From an uncultured Desulfobacter sp. (GTDB taxonomy: Bacteria > Desulfobacterota > Desulfobacteria > Desulfobacterales > Desulfobacteraceae), in the NCBI GenBank assembly GCA_963665095.1, contig OY762069.1:3008001-3072000 (forward strand): 64,000 nt of DNA. Direction: 5' to 3'. Made by a program: the position numbers and the translations under genes. Position 1 is the first letter of the stretch, and each line of letters begins with the position of its first letter. Positions 19,839 to 28,945 of the stretch are shown here, one piece after another. The notes under the pieces were generated by a model. It was not told the origin of the DNA, did not search any database, and worked only from the letters and a program-made list of their open reading frames with translations.

Positions 19839-20951
19839 TTATTTTGACTCCAGGTTGATGAACAGGGCCATGATAATGCAGCCTATAACAAAAAAAAGCG
19901 CTCCCGCCACCAGAGGATCTTCCCTGCCCGGCAGAATATTGATATTGGTCTGGACAGATACATTTTCAAGGCAGGCAATCACGCCCGCCTCTTTGACATA
20001 CTGGTGCGCCATGACAATGGTCTTTTTAAAGGGCCACAGTGCATACAAAGACCCTGCCATCAGACCGCCTAAAAAGGCCATGGTGGCATTATAATACCGC
20101 GAGAGGACAAAACTGACCAGCCGGGCAAACAACAGCCCGCCAAATCCGACGCCAAGTCCAAAGACGCCCAAAAATATCAGGGTTTCGGGATGAAATGATT
20201 TTAAATCGGAGATTGCCGAGATCACATCAAAGTAAGCCCCCATTAAAATCAGGACCAGCGAGCCGGAAACCCCTGGCAGCACAGTAGCGGAAATGGCCAG
20301 GGCTCCGCAAAGGGCAATATAAAAATAATCTCCGGGAGAGTACCCGCCGGCAGCAGGGGTACCATCCTGCCCCGGATCCGGAACAGTGCTGACATATTGA
20401 TCGGCCTGAGCCTGATACGCCGTCCCAAGAAAATCCGACTTCATTTTGATTTTGTCATAGGGGTTGACCATGGCGGATACCCATACCGTCAGCCCGATGC
20501 CTGCCATCATGAAAACAAGGGCCCATAAATCAAACCGCTTGAGCAGCTTAAACGGGATAATAATGGAAACCAGGATCAGTCCGAAAAACAAAGAATATGT
20601 CACGGAAAAGTGCTGGAGTAACAGGAATTTCATCAAACTGGACAGGGCAAAAATCGCCACCACCGTTCCTGCAGCCAGTTTAAACAGAAAAATAAAGCCG
20701 GTATCCGTTAAAAATACAAACAGTTCCCGCCCCCCTTTGATCGGGTGGGCAGAACAGGCAAGGGCAAGTTTCAGGCAACGGAGACTAAAAGGCTTATTGA
20801 TCTGGTTTAAAATGGAAAATACCCGTTCATATATCCCGAAAACCAGTAAAAATGTCCCACCGGAAACACCGGGAATAATATTGGCAACACCTAGGCAGAA
20901 ACCCATGAGCAATTCTTTGATGGTTGAGTTCACAGAAGAGGAAGATGACAT
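19839..20951 (-). CDS. DUF368 membrane protein (undecaprenyl-phosphate translocase family)
   Basis: Repeated motifs ANIIPGVSGGT and ATVLPGVSGSLVL. Many transmembrane segments. Confidence 0.9.
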   Translation of the reverse strand: MSSSSSVNSTIKELLMGFCLGVANIIPGVSGGTFLLVFGIYERVFSILNQINKPFSLRCLKLALACSAHPIKGGRELFVFLTDTGFIFLFKLAAGTVVAIFALSSLMKFLLLQHFSVTYSLFFGLILVSIIIPFKLLKRFDLWALVFMMAGIGLTVWVSAMVNPYDKIKMKSDFLGTAYQAQADQYVSTVPDPGQDGTPAAGGYSPGDYFYIALCGALAISATVLPGVSGSLVLILMGAYFDVISAISDLKSFHPETLIFLGVFGLGVGFGGLLFARLVSFVLSRYYNATMAFLGGLMAGSLYALWPFKKTIVMAHQYVKEAGVIACLENVSVQTNINILPGREDPLVAGALFFVIGCIIMALFINLESK

Positions 20952-21013
20952 AAGAATATACCTATATTTGCAAATTGATTAATCCATATTCTAAGAGGCA
21001 TTAAGAAATTTAA

Positions 21014-21670
21014 TCAGGCCGGCCACCCGTGCTCGCCAATGAGTTTAACAAAACGACAGCCACCCAGATTAACTGTTTTTATACCGGTGGCGGTTTTCTC
21101 AATGCGCAGCAGCTCCTGGGAATGAAGGCCACCCACCGGCATCACAAGACGTCCGCCTTCGGCCAGTTGATTTACCAAAGGCTCAGGCACCTGGTTGCCG
21201 CCGGCAGTTACCATTATGGCATCAAAAGGACTTTCAGATTTCCACCCCTGGGTACCGTCGGAATATCTGGTAACAATATTGTGATACCTTAAGTGGTCAA
21301 ACAGCTTCCGGCTCTGCAGGTACAACGCATTGTTCCGCTCAATGGTATAGACCTTATATACAATCCGTGACAGCACCGCTGCCTGGTATCCCGATCCGGT
21401 GCCGATTTCCAGCACCCGTTCCGATCCGGTCAGGTTCAGGCTCTGGGTCATTTCTGCAATAATAAAGGGCTGGGAAATAGTCTGCCCTTCTCCGATGGGC
21501 AGCGGGAAATCCCCATAGGCACTGTCCACCAGGGCTTCACTGACAAAAAGGTGCCGGGGCACCTCCTTCATGGCCTGAATTACCAGGGGAGCACTGACGC
21601 CCCTGGCAACAATCTGTTTTTCCACCATCTCATGGCGCCACCGGGAAAATTTTTTGGGTTGGTCGATCAT
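21014..21670 (-). CDS. pcm: Protein-L-isoaspartate O-methyltransferase
   Basis: VPRHLFV, GQTISQP, VLEIGTGSGYQAA and PFDAIMVTAG motifs. Confidence 0.95.
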   Translation of the reverse strand: MIDQPKKFSRWRHEMVEKQIVARGVSAPLVIQAMKEVPRHLFVSEALVDSAYGDFPLPIGEGQTISQPFIIAEMTQSLNLTGSERVLEIGTGSGYQAAVLSRIVYKVYTIERNNALYLQSRKLFDHLRYHNIVTRYSDGTQGWKSESPFDAIMVTAGGNQVPEPLVNQLAEGGRLVMPVGGLHSQELLRIEKTATGIKTVNLGGCRFVKLIGEHGWPA

Positions 21671-21809
21671 GCTTTTTAATACCAGTAAGTGCATGGACCG
21701 TCAAGCATTAGAAATCGTTTAAAACCCTGTCCAGCAGGCGATTGCGATAATTATACTCATTTATATCTTTCCCTTGCATTTCTTTTGAAGTAAACGTAAG
21801 TAATAGGCC

Positions 21810-22811
21810 ATGAATAAAATGCTGAAAATGGAAATGACAGTCTTTGTCGCGGTGCTGGTTTTTGTCATTGGCACGGTGGGCTACATGGCCATTGAAGGAT
21901 GGGGTGTACTTGATTCCGCCTATATGACGGCCATCACCTTAAGTACGGTGGGGTTTCTGGAAGTCCATGATCTTTCAGATGCAGGACGGTTGTTCACCAT
22001 TATCATGATATTTACGGGTGTCGGGTACTTTCTGTACCTTGGCGGTGTCCTCATCGGTTCGGTGGTGGAAGGGGAAATCAAAAGCATACTGGGGAGGCAG
22101 CGTTTGGATAATAGAATCAGAAAAATGAAAGACCATTACATTGTATGCGGGTATGGTCGCATCGGCAGGGTCCTGTGCCAGTTTGTCTCCGAAGACACCA
22201 AGGAGATTGTAGTAGTTGAGCAAAGCGAAGAACTTAAAGGTGCTCTGGAAAAGGATAAAATCCATTATATTCTTGGGGATGCATCAGATGAGGAGGTGCT
22301 CGAAAAAGCCGGTATAGAGAGGGCCAGGGCCTTGGTGGCAGCCCTTGCAACGGATACGGCAAATGTATTCCTGGTGCTGACTGCCCGACAGCTCAATCCT
22401 GATATATATATCATGGCCCGGGCATCGAGTCCCCTGGTTCGAAAAAAACTCATTGTAGCCGGTGCCAATCAGGTGGAATCCCCCTATGACATTGGGGCGG
22501 TTTCCATGGGATTGAAACTGTTGCGCCCCACTGTTTCCAGTTTCCTGAACACAGCCTTGTCACGGCAGAGCAACGCCATCCAGATTGAAGAAGCCTTTGT
22601 GCCTGAAATTTCAGATTATGCCGGCAAAACGCTTAAAGACTCAGGAATTCGTCAGGATTTTAATTTAATTATTATCGCTATTAAGGAACGCTCGGGTCAT
22701 ATGGAATTTGCACCGCATTTTGAAACCATCATCCACCCGGGCGATACCCTGATTGTCATGGGAAAGACAGAGGATTTGAAAGGCTTCAGGCGTATCCTCG
22801 GAAATATTTAG
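21810..22811 (+). CDS. Two-TM potassium channel with TrkA-N/TrkA-C (RCK) domains
   Basis: Pore TLSTVGFLEV, HYIVCGYGRIG Rossmann motif and C-terminal RCK_C. Confidence 0.9.
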   Translation: MNKMLKMEMTVFVAVLVFVIGTVGYMAIEGWGVLDSAYMTAITLSTVGFLEVHDLSDAGRLFTIIMIFTGVGYFLYLGGVLIGSVVEGEIKSILGRQRLDNRIRKMKDHYIVCGYGRIGRVLCQFVSEDTKEIVVVEQSEELKGALEKDKIHYILGDASDEEVLEKAGIERARALVAALATDTANVFLVLTARQLNPDIYIMARASSPLVRKKLIVAGANQVESPYDIGAVSMGLKLLRPTVSSFLNTALSRQSNAIQIEEAFVPEISDYAGKTLKDSGIRQDFNLIIIAIKERSGHMEFAPHFETIIHPGDTLIVMGKTEDLKGFRRILGNI

Positions 22812-22874
22812 TGTTTGACTGAAACGTCTTCACCAGCAGCAACGCAACCGGCAGAAGACTTTTCAGTCAAACAC
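22811..22874. repeat. 21-bp inverted repeat (20/21 match) between convergent genes
   Basis: GTGTTTGACTGAAACGTCTTC-N22-GAAGACTTTTCAGTCAAACAC followed by GTTTTTT. Confidence 0.75.
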
Positions 22875-23010
22875 GTTTTTTGTTCAGGCAATATTCCGTT
22901 ATGAGGCCCGCCGGTGGTGACTGGGAAAGCCTTTGATACGCCTTGTATATGAGCCAAAGCTCTGCGTAATTTTTGTTCAACTTATTTAATTCCCGATTTT
23001 AACCGGGTTA

Positions 23011-23598
23011 CTATATTTTATATATCACCCGGGTATCAGTGATAATAATATCCACGGTAAATTTTCTGGATTCCATCTGAATCTGGTCCACAATCTGATC
23101 TTCATAGGCAAGAGAGACCTTGCGGCAGGTTTCCGGCAATTTTGTAATCAGTTTTGAATAATAATTATTCCCAAACCCCATGCGGCCGCCCTTATCATCA
23201 AAGGCCAGTCCCGGGATAATGGCAATATCCACATCATCGAGAGCGATTTTCTTGCAGCGCTCGGGATTGGGTTCAAGCATCTCATTGGCATTGAGAATCA
23301 GATCTTTGTCGTAATCAGTTATTTTATATAAAAGAAATGTATTTTTAACGTCGGTGAATACGGGCAGGATTACATTTTTTTCTATCTCCAGCGCTTTGCG
23401 TATGATCGTCTCAGTGGGAATTTCCTTGCTTCCGGGTGGATACAGGAAAACCTGCTGAGATTCTAGAAAATTTGCAAATTCAAACAATTTGTTTTCAATA
23501 ATATCATATTTCGCTTTAAGCTGTTCCGGGGAGAGCGCCTCCATCCGCTGTGCAACCAGACTTAACACGCTGCTTTTAGCACCTTTGGTTTCATCCAT
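23011..23598 (-). CDS. 5-formyltetrahydrofolate cyclo-ligase family
   Basis: DIAIIPGLAFDDKGGRMGFGNNYY motif, and VDIIITD at the C-terminus. Confidence 0.88.
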   Translation of the reverse strand: MDETKGAKSSVLSLVAQRMEALSPEQLKAKYDIIENKLFEFANFLESQQVFLYPPGSKEIPTETIIRKALEIEKNVILPVFTDVKNTFLLYKITDYDKDLILNANEMLEPNPERCKKIALDDVDIAIIPGLAFDDKGGRMGFGNNYYSKLITKLPETCRKVSLAYEDQIVDQIQMESRKFTVDIIITDTRVIYKI

Positions 23599-23777
23599 AA
23601 TAATATTCCTTAATTTTGCGCAAAAAAGTTTTTGAGAAATATTATACACTGTTGCCTAATTGTCAACTGCCAATAATCGTTGACTGTTTACATGGCCCGT
23701 GTTATCTGAATATAATAGTGAAAATTATTATAACACCCACATTTCAACCCAATTAATCTTGCAGGACAAAATCAAAA

Positions 23778-25058
23778 ATGCTGGATATCAAACTGATCAA
23801 AAATGACCTGGACACGGTTGTCCAGGGGATGAAAAAACGCGGGGCGGACATTGACTTCACCCAGTTTCTGGAAAATGAGGAAAAAAGAAAAGCCCTTTTA
23901 CTTGATATTGAAGAGTTACGTCATCTGAGGAATACTGTCTCTGATGACATTGCCAAGATGAAAAAATCGGGCCAGGATGCCCAGCCAAGTATTGATAAAA
24001 TGAAAGGGGTCTCCGACAGAATCAAGACGCTTGACAAAGACCTTTCTGAGGTGGATTCCTGGATGAAAGCCTTTCTTATCAGTCTTCCCAACCTGCCCCA
24101 TGGGGATGTGCCAAAGGGGAAAGATGATACGGAAAACCGGCTTGAAAAAACCTGGGGAACTCCGAAAACATTTGATTTTCAAATAAAAGACCATGCAGAT
24201 ATTGCTGAAGATTTAGGCATTTTGAACCTTGGCTGTGCAGCAAAGCTGGCCGGGTCCAGGTTTCCGTTGTACCTTGGGGCTGGTGCCAGGCTGGAACGGG
24301 CTTTAATTAATTTCATGCTGGATATTCACATCAACGAACACGGGTATAAGGAGGTGCTGCCGCCCTTTATCGTAAACAGAGAGACCATGACCGGCACAGG
24401 CCAGCTGCCCAAATTTGAAGAGGACCTTTTCAAGCTGGAGGGCTGGGACTACTACCTGATCCCCACCTCCGAGGTACCCATGACAAACATTCCGGCCGGA
24501 GAAATTCTGAGCGAAGCCAAGCTGCCCATGAAGTTTACGGCCTTTACCCCCTGCTTCAGGTCTGAGGCCGGATCATACGGCAAGGATACCAAGGGGCTGA
24601 TCCGCCAGCACCAGTTCAACAAGGTGGAGATGGTGAAGATCACCTCCTGCGACACCTCTTTTGATGAGCTTGAATCGTTGCTGTCCAACGCGGAAGACAT
24701 TCTTCAGCGACTGGAGCTGCCTTACCAGGTGGTCACGTTGTGTACAGGCGACTTGGGTTTTTCCGCCACAAAAACCTATGACATAGAGGTATGGATGCCC
24801 GGCCAGAACAAATACCGGGAGATCTCATCCTGCTCCAACTGTCTTGATTTCCAGGCACGGCGGGCCAACATCCGGTTCAAACGGGAAAATGCAAAGAAGC
24901 CGGAATTCTGCCATACCCTGAACGGATCAGGACTGGCCGTGGGCAGAACCTTTGCCGCTATTCTTGAAAATTACCAGATGGCCGACGGCACGGTTAAAGT
25001 GCCTGGGGCTTTAGTGCCGTATATGGGAGGCCTGGAGGTCATTACACATGAAGCTTGA
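23778..25058 (+). CDS. serS: Serine-tRNA ligase
   Basis: MLDIKLI start, LIPTSEVP, FRSEAGSYGKDTKGLIRQHQFNKVE, EISSCSNC and TLNGSGLAVGRT. Confidence 0.98.
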   Translation: MLDIKLIKNDLDTVVQGMKKRGADIDFTQFLENEEKRKALLLDIEELRHLRNTVSDDIAKMKKSGQDAQPSIDKMKGVSDRIKTLDKDLSEVDSWMKAFLISLPNLPHGDVPKGKDDTENRLEKTWGTPKTFDFQIKDHADIAEDLGILNLGCAAKLAGSRFPLYLGAGARLERALINFMLDIHINEHGYKEVLPPFIVNRETMTGTGQLPKFEEDLFKLEGWDYYLIPTSEVPMTNIPAGEILSEAKLPMKFTAFTPCFRSEAGSYGKDTKGLIRQHQFNKVEMVKITSCDTSFDELESLLSNAEDILQRLELPYQVVTLCTGDLGFSATKTYDIEVWMPGQNKYREISSCSNCLDFQARRANIRFKRENAKKPEFCHTLNGSGLAVGRTFAAILENYQMADGTVKVPGALVPYMGGLEVITHEA

Positions 25059-26541
25059 TCTGTTCCCGGAAGAGTTAAGGCCCTATATCATCCCTGAACC
25101 TAAAGGGGAGCTTTATTATAAATGTCTTGGATGTGGTGCGGAATACGGCATTGATGAACTCTTGTATGTATGTCCTGCCTGCAACCAGGTCCTGCTCATC
25201 CATGACCGGAATAAAGACCGGCTCAACACCATTGAGGGAAAAACCTGGCAGAAAATTTTTGATTATCGCAAAATGCTCAAAATTCCCGCGTTGAAGGGAA
25301 TTTACCGGTACCATGAGTTCATTGGATCCTGTATCCCTTTGGAATCCATCATCTATCTTGGAGAAGGACACACCCCAGTGGTGGAGGCCAATGCCGTGCT
25401 CCAGGAAAAAACAGGGATGACGTTCTACTATAAAAACGACGGACAGAATCCCTCCGCCTCCTTCAAGGACAGGGGCATGGCATCGGCCCTGTCCAGCATC
25501 AAATATCTGATTGACCAGGGGCTTGTCTCTGAAGTGATCTCAGTATGCGCCTCCACCGGAGATACCTCAGCATCGGCCGCCCTTTATGCGTCATACCTGG
25601 GTGACCAGATAAAGTCAGCCGTGCTTCTTCCCCACAAAAAGGTCACCTCGGCCCAGCTTTCCCAGCCCTTGGGCAGCGGTGCCAGGGTGTTTGAAATTCC
25701 AGGGGTATTTGATGACTGTATGAAGATTGTGGAGCATCTGTCTTCCTGTTATCCGGTGGTACTGCTTAATTCCAAAAATGCCTGGCGGATCCTGGGTCAG
25801 GAATCTTACTCATATGAGATTGCTCAGGATTTTGACTGGGATATGGATAAAAAAGTGGTAATGGTACCCATTGGCAATGCCGGTAATATTTCAGCGGTGA
25901 TGAATGGGTTCTTAAAATTTTACAATGCCGGGATTATTGACAAACTGCCCAAAATTATTGGGGTTCAATCCGAGCATGCCGACCCGGTCTTTCAGTACTA
26001 TCTTGAACCGGATGTTGCAAAACGACAATTTATCCCGGTTCAGACCCGCCCCAGTGTAGCCCAGGCTGCCATGATCGGAAATCCGGTCTCCATGCCCCGG
26101 GTGATCCAGATTGCAAAAGAGTATGATGCAACCAGCGGCCACAGAAATGTTTTCGTGGTTCAGGTCAAAGAACAGCAGATCATGGACTGGCAGTTGATTG
26201 CCAACCAGAACGGCCATATCACCTGCACCCAGGGAGGGGAGTGTCTGGCAGGCATGGTCAATGCAAAACAACAGAACCTGGTGGATGACAATGAAACCGT
26301 TATCCTTGACGCCACGGCCCATGCCATTAAGTTCAGTGGTTTCCAGGAGCAGTATTACCAAGGAGCGCTTGTTGACGGATACGGCATTTCATCGGACAGC
26401 CATTTTATCAACCTGCCCGATTTTGTTTCGCCGGATGACCCCAAGCTTGTACCGTCCCAGGAACAACCGCTTGAACCGTCCCAGTTTCAGGAATTCGTCA
26501 AGGAAGTATCAACGAAAATCGCTACCCGTCTGGGATTGTGA
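25048..26541 (+). CDS. thrC: Threonine synthase (N-terminal Zn ribbon)
   Basis: LGEGHTP, NPSASFKDRG (PLP Lys), CASTGDTSAS and VPIGNAGN motifs. Confidence 0.93.
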   Translation: MKLDLFPEELRPYIIPEPKGELYYKCLGCGAEYGIDELLYVCPACNQVLLIHDRNKDRLNTIEGKTWQKIFDYRKMLKIPALKGIYRYHEFIGSCIPLESIIYLGEGHTPVVEANAVLQEKTGMTFYYKNDGQNPSASFKDRGMASALSSIKYLIDQGLVSEVISVCASTGDTSASAALYASYLGDQIKSAVLLPHKKVTSAQLSQPLGSGARVFEIPGVFDDCMKIVEHLSSCYPVVLLNSKNAWRILGQESYSYEIAQDFDWDMDKKVVMVPIGNAGNISAVMNGFLKFYNAGIIDKLPKIIGVQSEHADPVFQYYLEPDVAKRQFIPVQTRPSVAQAAMIGNPVSMPRVIQIAKEYDATSGHRNVFVVQVKEQQIMDWQLIANQNGHITCTQGGECLAGMVNAKQQNLVDDNETVILDATAHAIKFSGFQEQYYQGALVDGYGISSDSHFINLPDFVSPDDPKLVPSQEQPLEPSQFQEFVKEVSTKIATRLGL

Positions 26542-26544
26542 TCC

Positions 26545-28044
26545 ATGATATTTCCCAGAACTTTTATTTTTTATATTGTTCTGTCACTTGCGTTCTCTAT
26601 CGTTTTCACCCCAAGCGCTTCTTTTGGAGCAAAAGGGGTGAAAACCCATTATAAGCAATACTCCCTTTTTACCTTTGAATCCAAAGATTACCTGTGCGAA
26701 CCCTATCTGGTACAAAAAGATGACTGGCTGTATAAAATTTTTCGCCAGAAAGGGGAAATCTCAGCTGCTGATTTTCCGTTGTTTTTGAAAATTTTCAGAC
26801 GGCTCAATCCCCAGATCAGTAATATCGATGCTATTCTGCCCGGCAGCAGAATTCTGATCCCTCTGAAACAGGTGGCCAAAGACGCTTATAAACAAAATAA
26901 AGCCGGCATGGTGGAAGTACCGGTGCTTGAATTCTCAGCAGACATTACACCTGAGACCTTGGCCCAATACACCATTAAGCATGAGGTTAAGGCCGGAGAC
27001 ACGGTTTCTCAACTTCTTCCCAAAGAATTTTTAACGCCTGAGGGTGCTGTTTCTGAAATTGGGGAAAAAGCCTTTTTACACCTTAATCCAGACACCAAAG
27101 ATATCAACCGGATTTACCAGGGTGCACGGATTGTAATTCCTGATCCTTCAATACTTTCCCAGCCCTGGTTCCGGGATGCGCTTACCATGGACAGCAATAC
27201 ACAGTTCACAACGTCTGTCCCGACTTACATTCCGGAAAAAAAAGTGACACAGCCCCCTGACCCTAAAATCCTCTCTTTAGCAGAAATTAGCCAATTAAAG
27301 CGCTATACCCAGTTGATCCAGGGCCATCTGATGCACCAGGGAAAACTTTTTTTCCCGTCGGCGGACGGCACGCCCCGTTCCATTGATCTGGCCCAGACGC
27401 CCATCATCAGTGACAGCACAGGCAGAAAAACAGTCATGCTTGGCCCGGAAACAACCGAACAGGACCTGAATCCGGATATTGTGGCAGCAATGAGAGCGTA
27501 TTGGAAGAATTTACAATTTAAAAAGCTCAATGAGGCACTTTCCGCCAATATGTTATTTAAATCCGAAACCATGGATGATATTCCCAAATCTCAAAAATCA
27601 CTGATAAAAACCCTTTTAAAAAATACCCACTATACCTATGAGTCGGATGTATTTTTCCCCATATCTGTAAACAATATTGAGATGACAGTCTCCCTTGGCA
27701 GGATTACCCATGACCGGATTGCTGATATTTTAATCAATACAGGCAATGTATACGGAAAAGCCATTGAAGCGATAAAAAAACAGGGATACAAGATATTAAA
27801 CCTGCCCCCCACCTTAAATTTCAGCGAAGTCTGCATCTCTCTTTTTTCCCGCCTGGGATACCAGGTATGGAAGAACCCCTCCTTCAATGCAGGCCAACAA
27901 ATAAAAAACATTCCAGGCGTCTATGCTGAAAAAGGAACAGACAGGCATTTTATGACCAGAACCCCACTTTTCAAAAGCGCAATAAGCTTTCTGGAAAACG
28001 AAAAGATAGACCTGATAACACTGAACAAGGAGCCGGCCCGATGA
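26545..28044 (+). CDS. Exported LysM-domain protein
   Basis: Signal peptide and two LysM-like repeats (YLVQKDDWLYKI...LNPQISNIDAILPGSRILIP; HEVKAGDTVSQL...LNPDTKDINRIYQGARIVIP). Confidence 0.8.
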   Translation: MIFPRTFIFYIVLSLAFSIVFTPSASFGAKGVKTHYKQYSLFTFESKDYLCEPYLVQKDDWLYKIFRQKGEISAADFPLFLKIFRRLNPQISNIDAILPGSRILIPLKQVAKDAYKQNKAGMVEVPVLEFSADITPETLAQYTIKHEVKAGDTVSQLLPKEFLTPEGAVSEIGEKAFLHLNPDTKDINRIYQGARIVIPDPSILSQPWFRDALTMDSNTQFTTSVPTYIPEKKVTQPPDPKILSLAEISQLKRYTQLIQGHLMHQGKLFFPSADGTPRSIDLAQTPIISDSTGRKTVMLGPETTEQDLNPDIVAAMRAYWKNLQFKKLNEALSANMLFKSETMDDIPKSQKSLIKTLLKNTHYTYESDVFFPISVNNIEMTVSLGRITHDRIADILINTGNVYGKAIEAIKKQGYKILNLPPTLNFSEVCISLFSRLGYQVWKNPSFNAGQQIKNIPGVYAEKGTDRHFMTRTPLFKSAISFLENEKIDLITLNKEPAR

Positions 28045-28817
28045 AAAAGCAACTGGTCATTCTGGCCTGTTTATGCCTGACCTGCTTATGCGCCTTGATG
28101 GGGGCCTCCTGCACATCCGGAACCGTCAATTCTGAAAAACAGGACAAACTGGCCCAGGCAATCAGAAGGGAAGGGGATGTATTCCGATCCCAGGGCAACT
28201 ATGCAGCGGCTTTAAGTAAACTGCTTGAAGCTGAAAAAATGGCGCCAGACGATCCCACCATCCAAAACAGCCTTGGATTGGCTTATATGAAAAAACAAAG
28301 GAACGAACTAGCCATCACAGCCTTTAACCATGCCCTGAATTTAAAGCCGGACTACACAGAGGCGATGAACAACCTGGGCGTTGCCTACCTGCTTGAGGAA
28401 AAATGGGATGTCGCCATAAAAACGTTCAATAAAGTTCTCAACGATGTCACCTACCCTTACCCGCACTCCCCTCTGGCCAATATCGGGTGGGCCTATCTGA
28501 ACCAGAATCTTTACCCCAATGCCCAGAAATATTTTTTAAAGGCATTAAAAGAGTCTCCGGGATTTGTTCAGGCCATTCATGGTCTGGCACAGGTATATCT
28601 GCGTACAGGCCAGACAGACAGGGCCATTTCCTATCTGTCTAAAAATATCAGGCGGTACCCGGGCACGGCCATCTTCCATGCCGACCTTGCCGAAGCCCAT
28701 GAAGTAAACGGGCATCGCCGAAAGGCTGTGAAGGCCTGGCAGACGGTTCTACACCTGACCCATGAAAACTCAGGGTTATATAGGAAAGCTGAGCAGCGTT
28801 TATTTGAGCTGGAGTGA
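28041..28817 (+). CDS. TPR lipoprotein, type IV pilus pilotin-like (PilF/PilW/Tgl)
   Basis: Lipobox-like MGASC and TPR repeats (NSLGLAY, NNLGVAY, YPYPHSPLANIGWAY). Converges on pilQ. Confidence 0.8.
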   Translation: MKKQLVILACLCLTCLCALMGASCTSGTVNSEKQDKLAQAIRREGDVFRSQGNYAAALSKLLEAEKMAPDDPTIQNSLGLAYMKKQRNELAITAFNHALNLKPDYTEAMNNLGVAYLLEEKWDVAIKTFNKVLNDVTYPYPHSPLANIGWAYLNQNLYPNAQKYFLKALKESPGFVQAIHGLAQVYLRTGQTDRAISYLSKNIRRYPGTAIFHADLAEAHEVNGHRRKAVKAWQTVLHLTHENSGLYRKAEQRLFELE

Positions 28818-28834
28818 CTGACCTAAAAATAATT

Positions 28835-28878
28835 ATCCCGGATCCCCTCTTGTGTCATATGGGAATCCGGGATTTTTC
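28835..28878. terminator. Hairpin between the convergent pilotin gene and pilQ
   Basis: ATCCCGGATCCC...GGGAATCCGGGAT followed by TTTT. Confidence 0.55.
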
Positions 28879-28945
28879 TGCAGCAAATATTTTTGATTTC
28901 AACGCCGGCGTTTGCCCGGCCCTGTTTAAAACTATGCTTTCCCCC

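Noticed and set aside
23599..23777. 6S RNA upstream of the 5-formyl-THF cyclo-ligase gene
   Set aside because: The gap is about 180 nt, AT-rich, must hold divergent promoters and shows no long self-complementarity.
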